A stretch of 64,000 nt of DNA from Promethearchaeia archaeon (lineage in GTDB: Archaea; Asgardarchaeota; Lokiarchaeia; Sigyniarchaeales; SOKP01), in assembly GCA_029856155.1 (NCBI GenBank), contig JAHQWL010000098.1, positions 15,921 through 79,920 of the forward strand. The letters are read 5' to 3'. Shown piece by piece: positions 31,939-40,578 of the stretch (position 1 is its first letter; each line of letters begins with the position of its first letter). The translations under genes and the position numbers were made by a program. Below the pieces are notes generated by a model. The model made no database searches and was not told the origin of the DNA. It was given only the letters and a program-made list of their open reading frames with translations.

Positions 31939-32415
31939 ATGAGAAAAATTAATATTCCTAATTATGGAATAATTACAATAAAGAACCTATTATTTGATAT
32001 AAACGGGACATTGCAATTTCAAGGGAAGATCTCACCAGATTTAATAATAAAATTTGAAGACTTAAAAAAAATATACAAGATTTATTTAATTTCAGCAGAT
32101 ACTAGAGGAAACTTAAACGAGATTGCTGAAACATTAGATGTAGACTATATCAAAATTAAACCGCAAGGAATTACGGAGGCTGAAGCGAAAAATAATGAAT
32201 TAATAAGGTTAGGAAAAAATGTTACGGTTGCAGTAGGCAATGGCAACAATGACGCTTTAATGCTTAAAAATTCGGTTATAGGAATAATTATAATAGGTAA
32301 TGAAGGAGCATCAATCAAAAGTATTATGAATAGTGACGTAGCTCTCCCAAGTCCATTAAGTGCGTTAAATTTTCTATTAGATGAAAAAATTATGATAGCG
32401 ACCCTTAGATCATGA
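31939..32415 (+). CDS. HAD-superfamily soluble P-type-ATPase-like phosphatase
   Basis: DINGTL, SADTRG, GNGNND. Confidence 0.8.
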   Translation: MRKINIPNYGIITIKNLLFDINGTLQFQGKISPDLIIKFEDLKKIYKIYLISADTRGNLNEIAETLDVDYIKIKPQGITEAEAKNNELIRLGKNVTVAVGNGNNDALMLKNSVIGIIIIGNEGASIKSIMNSDVALPSPLSALNFLLDEKIMIATLRS

Positions 32416-32590
32416 TTTCATTCATAATAGTAATATCTAATGTGTTTATCTCAGTTTAAATACTTTTTTTATCACTATAAGTGTCATTTTCAATTTCTTT
32501 TAAAACAATTTCTTTCCTTAATTGATGGAATATTTGTTTCAAAAATGGGCTCTAAAGAAAATTATATGAAATTAAAAAGGATCAAGGAAG

Positions 32591-32923
32591 AATGAATCTG
32601 CAATCAATACAGATTTTAAATTTATTACCAAAAGTGCAGGTGAAGGAAGTAAAGTTGTTTTTGATTATATATATCAATCATTTCTTGAAGACCAGAATTC
32701 TTATTATGGAGAACGAGAAATTTATCAAAGGGTCAAAAAAAATGGTGAAAGCTGGACATTTGGAATAGCTAGGGGAGATATAGACAATTTTCTTCAACAA
32801 CGAGGACTAGAATTAATTGAACAAATGGATTCCCATAGGTTAGAAGAGAAGTATTTTCAGGACAAAAACAGCAATATTGTGGGTAAAGTAAATGGAACAC
32901 ATTATAGTTTATGCAAAAATTAA
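32591..32923 (+). pseudogene. 3' remnant of an LCM/YktD-type SAM methyltransferase
   Basis: Start-less frame ...GSKVVFDYIY...YYG...GESWTFGI...FLQQRG; 5' part missing. Confidence 0.5.
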
Positions 32924-33143
32924 AGATTAAACTTTTGTGAATTATATCGATATCTGAATGCTTATCCGATATGGTTTTAAAAATCTTATTGATAATGTGC
33001 ACAAATTCTAAAAAACATAAGTATATTAAAATAGGTTTTACAAATTATTAATTATTAAAATGCAATGAATGCTATCTATTATTTTAATTAATGGAAAAAT
33101 ATGAAATAAAAAATAGATTAAAAAATAAAGAATTGAAGAAATT

Positions 33144-33545
33144 ATGGTTTCTGAACAAATATGGAAAAAAATATGGTTATTTTTAGGGATTGTTTTTATA
33201 GTAATATCAAGCTTTATGATATTTTTTGCTCCATTACTTGCTTTAATAACAGGAACAAAACCGTTCTCTGATCGTGCTCGAGCGATGATAAATTTTTTCT
33301 GGATTTGGATGTTTATATATAATGGATTAGGGTTCTTACTCCTTTATAAGGATACTGAAAAATATAAAATTTTATTAATTTTGGCGATTCCAGCAGGAAT
33401 TACATTTACAACTCTTCAGACTATTTATATTATAATTGGATATTTTGAATTTGTTTTATCTGAAATAATTTGGGCAGTGAGTTCCTTAATATGGTCAATA
33501 ATATCTATTTTATATTTTTTCGATAAAAAAAAAAAAGACACTTGA
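33144..33545 (+). CDS. small membrane protein (4 TM)
   Basis: Four hydrophobic segments. Confidence 0.65.
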   Translation: MVSEQIWKKIWLFLGIVFIVISSFMIFFAPLLALITGTKPFSDRARAMINFFWIWMFIYNGLGFLLLYKDTEKYKILLILAIPAGITFTTLQTIYIIIGYFEFVLSEIIWAVSSLIWSIISILYFFDKKKKDT

Positions 33546-34285
33546 TGGTGCTAATTGTCATTAAAAACAAACGCAAATTTGTACAGATTGGATTTACAAA
33601 TTGTTATTTATTAAAATGTAATGGAGGGTATCTCCTTATCGATGTCGGATATCCTGAAGATTATGAAAAATTCGTTCAAAAATTAAAAAAGAAATTCAAT
33701 ATTGATATATCAGAAATAAAATATCTGCTTCTCACACATCATCATGATGACCATGCCGGATTTGCTACCGAGCTTTTAAAAAATACAAAAGCTAAATTAA
33801 TAGTTCATGAAAAGACTCTCAAAAGACTAAAAATGGGAGCCTCCGAAGAAGAATCAAGACCTATTAACAGAAGAATTAAAGCAATTTTAGGAATTTTTAG
33901 CCGTTTTCATGAATTCAAATTTCCCCCTGTTATTCCAACTGATAAAGATATTATTATAAGAGGCTCTGAAGATAATACTGATATTTTAAAAAATCTTGGT
34001 ATTGAGGGAATAATTATTCCCACCCCCGGACATACAAAAGACGGAATTTCAGTCATTTTATCTGATGGTTCTGTTTTTCCTGGGGATAATACCATGAATG
34101 CGTGGTATTTCAACATTTTCGGAATAAAAAAACGCCCAATTTACGTTCAAGATTTTATATTAATTCTTAATAGTTGGGAAAAATACATCGAGCTTGGTGG
34201 AAAAAAAGTGTATCCTGCCCATGGTAAAGCTTTTGATATCAAAAAATTACAGAAAAACCTTAAAACATTTAGTAAAAATTACTAA
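33542..34285 (+). CDS. MBL-fold hydrolase
   Basis: THHHDDH, TPGHT, PGD, PAHG. Confidence 0.85.
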   Translation: MMVLIVIKNKRKFVQIGFTNCYLLKCNGGYLLIDVGYPEDYEKFVQKLKKKFNIDISEIKYLLLTHHHDDHAGFATELLKNTKAKLIVHEKTLKRLKMGASEEESRPINRRIKAILGIFSRFHEFKFPPVIPTDKDIIIRGSEDNTDILKNLGIEGIIIPTPGHTKDGISVILSDGSVFPGDNTMNAWYFNIFGIKKRPIYVQDFILILNSWEKYIELGGKKVYPAHGKAFDIKKLQKNLKTFSKNY

Positions 34286-34327
34286 AAATAGTTGTTTCTG
34301 TATAAATTAATAAGTCAAAACATAAGA

Positions 34328-34465
34328 TTGAGTAAATTAGATAATATATTACATATTATTGCAAGTCACCATAATTTAAAAGAATGGGGTTCTCCAATAC
34401 AACCAAATTCAATTGAAGCTTGGATAATACACTATGCTGAGAATATCTCTGCAAAAATTGGATAG
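34328..34465 (+). pseudogene. C-terminal remnant of a YhaM-like HD-domain nuclease
   Basis: LHIIASHHNLKEWGSPIQP...EAWIIHYAENISAK resembles H-x-I-x-SHH...GSP..P...EA..IH..D...AK. Confidence 0.6.
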
Positions 34466-34643
34466 ATTTTTAGAGGTATAAAAAGGAATTAATTTTTAAT
34501 TCAAAAAGGATCTTATGATTCAATAAAAACTAATTGTACAATCATTTAAATTTGATAAAATAAGAAATAAGAAAAATTATATACTTGAATAATACTTTAA
34601 GTATATAAGAAATAAAATAAATTTAAACAAAATAAAAATTATT

Positions 34644-34985
34644 ATGAAAACGAGAAATTTGCAAAAATGGGAGAAGTTTGAAAGCGAGATATGCAAATTT
34701 TTGGGTATGGATCATATTGACGGGTCTTGAAAGCCCGATTGTAAAAATCCAAATGATCCAACTGAAATAGCGGAAGCAAAAAGTTATAGTAGAAATTTCA
34801 ATGCTTATGACTTAAAGAGAGAATTAAAAAACGCAAAAAATCATGGTGGAAAGAAGATACGGATTATAGTAAAACATGAATGCACTGAAAATACCAAAAA
34901 ATTAGCTGAGCAATTACCAGAAGTAATTCTTAGGTGTAATTGCAATGACCTTTTTAAAATAAGAAGACAAACACTTCATAATTAA
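34644..34985 (+). pseudogene. small PD-(D/E)xK nuclease-like ORF (113 codons) with in-frame TGA at 34728
   Basis: WEKFESEICKFL...HIDGS*KPD...AEAK; frame is otherwise open. Confidence 0.6.
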
Positions 34986-35096
34986 AGAGAAGAGGGATTG
35001 TAACTTGATTTTATCATTTATTTTTAAAACTTGTCTCATTTATTATTGCAAAGTTCTCATTTATTATTGAAAGTTACACATTAATCTTTACTAATC

Positions 35097-36017
35097 ATGA
35101 ATTTTATCGAAGATTTAATTCAATTAATAAAAGAAAAAAAAAGTGTTGTTAGTATGGGACTTGATCCCAGATTGGATAATGAGGGTGAAATTCCCCAATA
35201 CTTAATTGAAGAAATAAAGGATCCAAATAAGATCATAATTGAATTTAATAAAATTTTGATTGAAAATACTTATGATTTAATACCTGTCATTAAACCCCAA
35301 ATAGCGTTCTATGAAAGATATGAAGCCTTAGACGCTCTAAAAGAAACTATAAAATTTGCACATAATAATGATTTATTAGTAATTTTAGATGCGAAGCGAA
35401 ATGATATTGGAAGTACATCTGAAGCGTATGCTTACTCCTTATTTAAAAATCTCAATGCCGATGCCTGTACTATTAATGCATATTTGGGTTTTGATGGAGT
35501 TAAACCTTTTTTAGAATATAAAGAAAAAGGTGTCTTCATCCTTGTAAAAACATCAAACCCCAGCAGTGCAGAATTTCAAGATTTATTTAGTATAAGATTA
35601 GATGAGATTCCTAATGATATTATGGAGTATAAAGTAGAGAATAGGATTTTAAAGAGGAATTATCTTCAGCTTGCTGAGCTTATACATGATTGGAGTAAGA
35701 ATTTAATACAATTTTCTAATTTCACTAATTTAGGTGTTGTTGTTGGGGCAACTTATCCTCGGGAATTAAAAAAAGTGCGAGAAATTGTAAAAAATTCTTT
35801 CATATTAATACCTGGCTACGGTGCTCAAGGTGCTCAAGCGAAGGACATTAAAAATGGTTTTTATAAGAGTGGATTAGGCGGAATTGTAAACTCTTCAAGA
35901 AGCATAATTTATGCATATCATAAAAATAAAAATTATTCTCAAGAGAACTTTGGAAAAGCCGCTAGAGATGAGATAATTGAAATGAGTAAGAAAATCAACA
36001 GAGAAATAATGAATTAA
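35097..36017 (+). CDS. pyrF: orotidine-5'-phosphate decarboxylase
   Basis: GLDP, KPQIAFYE, DAKRNDIGST, VVGAT, PGYGAQG, NSSR. Confidence 0.95.
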   Translation: MNFIEDLIQLIKEKKSVVSMGLDPRLDNEGEIPQYLIEEIKDPNKIIIEFNKILIENTYDLIPVIKPQIAFYERYEALDALKETIKFAHNNDLLVILDAKRNDIGSTSEAYAYSLFKNLNADACTINAYLGFDGVKPFLEYKEKGVFILVKTSNPSSAEFQDLFSIRLDEIPNDIMEYKVENRILKRNYLQLAELIHDWSKNLIQFSNFTNLGVVVGATYPRELKKVREIVKNSFILIPGYGAQGAQAKDIKNGFYKSGLGGIVNSSRSIIYAYHKNKNYSQENFGKAARDEIIEMSKKINREIMN

Positions 36018-36021
36018 TTCG

Positions 36022-36426
36022 TTAAAAACTTCCCCCTGAAGAAGAAAGAAAGGATATAGCTGTTATAAGTGGCACCACAACAAAAAACACCACAACAACA
36101 GATCTTTTAATACCAATTCTGTGAATTAAATTTATAATATTTACGTCTATAAAGAAAGAAAAGAAAACCACTAATATTATTATTCCCGGATCATCCCCAA
36201 GTTTCCCAATCATCCCATATAATATTAAAGGAGAACAAATGAAAATAATGACTCCCAATTGAATAACCCAGCTAGCCGCAACCCATTTCAGATTTTTTTT
36301 TACCTCAGCTTTAGTAATAGCTAAACCAATTTTTAAAAATAACATATCAAAAAGTATCAACATTAGAGCACTAATAATTATGCCCATTTGTCCTCCACTA
36401 AATTGAAAAATCATTAAACTCACCAA
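36022..36426 (-). CDS. small membrane protein
   Basis: 4 hydrophobic segments. Confidence 0.6.
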   Translation of the reverse strand: MVSLMIFQFSGGQMGIIISALMLILFDMLFLKIGLAITKAEVKKNLKWVAASWVIQLGVIIFICSPLILYGMIGKLGDDPGIIILVVFFSFFIDVNIINLIHRIGIKRSVVVVFFVVVPLITAISFLSSSGGSF

Positions 36427-36598
36427 TTAAACATAGTAATTTTGATTTTAAAATATCACTTTATTTATAATAATTTTTAACTATAAGAAACATTTTATTA
36501 AAACAATTTAAATTTATTTAATTAGTTTAGATTTACATTGATATTGTATTAACTGATTTGGAGGAATTATAAAAAAGATAATAAATAGGTAATATGCA

Positions 36599-38578
36599 AT
36601 GGTAGAAACTAAAGATGAAACGGTTCAATATGACGAAGAAACACCAAGGATTGCTGTGTTTATATGCCAATGAGGTATAAATATTGCTGAAATTATAGAT
36701 ACTAAAGCATTAGTAGAATTTTCAAAAATTCTTCCCGGGGTTGTCGAATCTTTAGATTATATTAGTCTTTGTACTGAACCTGGTGCTGAGTTCATTAAAG
36801 AAAAAATGATTGAAAGTAAAGCAAATAGATTAGTTATAGTATCTTGTACTCCTAAAACTCACGAACCCGTTTTTAAAAGTGTGTTAGAATCAATGGGAAT
36901 AGATCCATCTTACCTTGAATTCGCCAATATACGAGAACATTCTAGTTTTGTACATAAAAAGGATAAACCAGGTGCCCAAAGGGTTGCGGAAGATATAATC
37001 CGATCTGCTGTAGCAAGAGCTTCTGTTTTAGAGAAAATTTTGATTAAAGAAGTTGATATAACAAAAACTGCTCTAATTATTGGTGGAGGAGTAGCAGGAT
37101 TATCAGCAGGCATTGATCTCGCTGAAGAAGGATTTGAGGTACATTTAGTAGAAACAAACCCTACAATAGGTGGTAAAATGGCTAAATTGGATCGTACTTT
37201 TCCTACAGATGATTGTAGTATATGAATATTGGGACCAGTAATGTTACAAGCAGCAAGAACACCTGGGCTCAATATGTACACGTATAGCGAATTAGAAGAA
37301 GTTTCTGGTTTTGTTGGGAATTTTATTGTAAAAATAAGAAAAAAAGCACGGTATATAACAAATGATTGTAATGGATGTGGCGCATGTTATGAAGTGTGCC
37401 CCGCATATGGATATAATGAGTTCAACGAGGGAATGGATTCAAGAAAAGCTATATATGGAGCATTTACTCAGGCAGTTCCTTCTTTAGCTCAGATTGATAT
37501 GGACCGATGTATCAAATGTGAATTATGTAAAGGTGTTTGTGAGCTAGATGCAATTGATTTCGATCAAAAAGATATAATTATTGAAGTAAAAGTGGGTACA
37601 ATTGTTGTTGCAACTGGTTGGGATGAATTTGAACCACCAACTGGATATTTAGGTTACAATAAATATCCCAACGTAATTACTCAATTAAAACTTGAAAGAA
37701 TGTTAGCTCCAAATGGACCCACAATAGGACATATAGTAAGACCTTCGGATGGAAAAGAACCAAAGAGAATATTATTCATTCAATGTGTTGGGTCAAGAGA
37801 TTTAAACATGAATACATATTGTAGTTCTGGTGTATGTTGTATGATTTCTATAAAGAACAGTAAATTAATTAAACAACATTATCCAGAGGCAGATATTTCG
37901 GTTGCTTATATGGATATGCGAGCTGCTGGAAAAGATTATGAAGAATACTTCACACTTTCAAGAAAAGAAGGTATTAAATATATAAGAACAAATATCAGTA
38001 GAATAAAGGAAGATCCAGATACACATAATTTAAAAATAATTATGCAAAATACCTTAGGATCAGGTGGATTAAGAGAATTTGAATTTGATTTAGTAATACT
38101 CTCTGCTGCGATGGTTCCTCCTACTGGTATTAAAAAAATCGAAAAGTTACTTAAATTAGAAACTAGTCAAGATGGGTTCTTTAAAGAATTTCATGCTAGA
38201 TTAAATCCTATTGATTCAAAAATTCCCGGAATAGTTCTTGCAGGAGTTAGTCAAGGTCCAAAATCTATAGTTGAATCTATAGCACATGGTAGAGCAGCTG
38301 CATCTTCAGTTGCTAGACTTATGGGTAAAGATAAATATCGGATTTTACTGATTCGTGGATCTGTTGATAAAGAACGATGTGCAAAATGTGGATTATGCGA
38401 GTTAAATTGCCCATACAATGCTATAACTCTAACGGAGGAGGGAGCTGAAGTGAATGAGATCTTATGTAGGGGTTGTGGGAGTTGTTTAGCTAACTGTCCT
38501 TCAGAAGCTATAACCCTTAGATATTATAGAGAACCACAATATGAAAAACAAATAGATGCAATATTAGAAGAAATATAA
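36599..38578 (+). CDS. hdrA: heterodisulfide reductase subunit A, selenoprotein (UGA at codons 25 and 209), ~659 aa
   Basis: RIAVFICQ-TGA-GINI (36671) and FPTDDCSI-TGA-ILGP (37223), both at conserved Cys sites; IGGGVAG FAD motif, ferredoxin motifs, QCVGSRD. Confidence 0.93.
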
Positions 38579-38591
38579 AGGGGTGAATTGA

Positions 38592-39062
38592 ATGACTCAA
38601 GCATCAAATAATGATATAAAAATTTTAGCATTCCTTTGTTGGAAATGAGGGTATGGTGCTGGAGATATGGCTGGAACGATTCGAGCACAATATCCCGCTA
38701 CATTACGACCGATTAGGATCAATTGCTCAGGAAGAGTAACACCATCTTTGATGATGCGTGCAATAGGTAAAGGTGCTGACGGGGTTGTTATTGGAGCTTG
38801 ATACAAGGGAGAATGTGATTATGAAACTGGAAATAAAGTTGCTGAAAGGAATGTCATTTATACACAAGAAATTTTGAAAACAATTGGACTCTCCCCAGAA
38901 CGAATTCAAATGTTTCATTGTAGTGCCGCTGAGGGTACGCGATTTCAAAATGAGGTAACTCGTATTTCAGAAACAATCAAAAATCTAGGCAGCAATCCTT
39001 TAAAAGATTCTAATTCTTCTAAGAAAGAGGAGAAGGAATCAAAAAAGAAAAAAACCGAATAG
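38592..39062 (+). CDS. mvhD: MvhD/VhuD hydrogenase Fe-S subunit, selenoprotein (UGA at codons 19 and 70), 156 aa
   Basis: ILAFLCWK-TGA-GYGAGD (38646), IRINCSGRV, GADGVVIGA-TGA-YKGEC (38799), GLSPERI; GGGTGA RBS upstream. Confidence 0.93.
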
Positions 39063-39119
39063 AATGACCCCTTCAAGTAAATTTTAGTTGAATTGGGACT
39101 AACCTTGTGAAGGTTTCGG
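39055..39119 (+). promoter_or_regulatory. candidate eukaryote-type SECIS element
   Basis: ATGA (39064) - 11 nt - AAA (39079) ... GA (39097); TTCAA/TTGAA stem; CCGAA/TTCGG closing helix; starts right after the vhuD stop. Confidence 0.7.
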
Positions 39120-39227
39120 AATTCAATATTTTTAAATTTATATATAAATTTTATATCTTTCTTTTAAGTTTTTATTTTAAAAACTATTTTCTAATTTACT
39201 AATCATTTTTATTAAAGTGAGTTTAAG

Positions 39228-40526
39228 ATGGGAAAAGATCCTGAAAAGCAACTAAAGAAAGCGGACAAACTTTATAAAGCAATGCAATACAAAAGAGCAG
39301 CAAAATTATTTAATACTGTTGGAAATAATTTCTTAGACTTAGGAGATTATAAAACTGCTAAAGAGTGTTTTTTTAACGCCGCTAAAAGTGCTATTAATGA
39401 AGATAAATATCTACGTGGTTTAGAATTTCTAAGGAATGCGGCAAATGCAGCTCTTCTTAATAAAAATTTCTCTGAAGCTTATCAATTCTATACTAATGCA
39501 CTTAACTATGTTCCTAGTTTACACGGTACTTCAGATCGCGATTATCAATTCATATTATTTTCAAGTTTATCTTATTTATGTTTGTTTTTAGAAGGAAAAC
39601 AAGAGGAAGGTCTAAATTTAGTGAAAAAGACAAAAACCTTTGTAAATGATATTTATTTTAAAGAAAATTATTTAATCAAGTTAATTAAGGATTTAACAGT
39701 TGCTACAAAAGATATTAAAGAAAATTATTTAAAAAAAATTGAAAATGATTTTGAGAATTTTAAATTTCATGAAGGTGAAAGTTATCTAGCAAAACTTGCA
39801 TTAGTATTAGCAAAAACTATTGTCACTTTAAAATCTAAATCGACATTTGATAAGAATGTATACACAACTAATGATATTATAAATTTAACTATAAATGTTG
39901 ATACAAAACCTCTTTTAGATATTTCAAATAGTCCTTTTTATAACTATAAAGTAAAGGAATTAAAAATAACTAAAATTGGGATAAAACAGTCAGATAATTT
40001 CACAACTTATAAAAAACCTGAATTCCCAATTACTATAATAGCAGGTCAGAATTATCAAATAGATCTGTTATTTAAACCTCATTTTCAAATGGAAAAACCT
40101 TTTATTGGTCCTATTGTGTTAACTTCTGAATTAGATAGTAATTTAAAATTCTATTATGAAATTCCTGAAACATTTTATCCAAATCTGATATCTCCTCCTC
40201 CCACATTGGATATATCAATAAAAAATTTGAGACCTCCTCTCATTGGTCAATCTTTTCCCTTAGAGATATTTGTAGAAAATAAAAGTGAGGGAGATGCCTT
40301 AGATCTTAATATAGAAATAGAATTTCCAGAAAATCTTAAAGTAATGAGAGGTACATTGAAAAAACAAATATATTCATTAAGATCAAATGAAAATATGAAA
40401 TGGGAAATTAATCTCAAACCACTTGAAGCTGGAGATTATTCTATTAAAATAAAAACAACATTTAAAGATCCAGATCAAAATCAAATTGGAGAAATAAAAG
40501 ATTTCCCGCTTTTGATAAAATTATAA
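39228..40526 (+). CDS. TPR/SNAP-like helical repeat protein with C-terminal Ig-like domains
   Basis: N-terminal A-x3-Y/F helical repeats; C-terminal beta pattern IFVENKSEGDA...WEINLKPLEAGDYSI. Confidence 0.6.
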   Translation: MGKDPEKQLKKADKLYKAMQYKRAAKLFNTVGNNFLDLGDYKTAKECFFNAAKSAINEDKYLRGLEFLRNAANAALLNKNFSEAYQFYTNALNYVPSLHGTSDRDYQFILFSSLSYLCLFLEGKQEEGLNLVKKTKTFVNDIYFKENYLIKLIKDLTVATKDIKENYLKKIENDFENFKFHEGESYLAKLALVLAKTIVTLKSKSTFDKNVYTTNDIINLTINVDTKPLLDISNSPFYNYKVKELKITKIGIKQSDNFTTYKKPEFPITIIAGQNYQIDLLFKPHFQMEKPFIGPIVLTSELDSNLKFYYEIPETFYPNLISPPPTLDISIKNLRPPLIGQSFPLEIFVENKSEGDALDLNIEIEFPENLKVMRGTLKKQIYSLRSNENMKWEINLKPLEAGDYSIKIKTTFKDPDQNQIGEIKDFPLLIKL

Positions 40527-40578
40527 ATTCAATTTGTTTTATATATCTCTATCTTAAAATAATAAGTGAGAAAATGAA

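Noticed and set aside
35575-35665. Insertion-like segments in pyrF (and in the Zn-ADH and GH36 genes) as hidden in-frame introns
   Set aside because: No helix-bulge-hairpin fold seen by eye; a computational scan is still needed
36806-38948. Separate ORFs 36806-37225, 37229-38578, 38874-39062 and antisense ORFs 36910-37281, 38597-38806, 38727-38948
   Set aside because: Fragments or shadows of the UGA-recoded hdrA and vhuD genes
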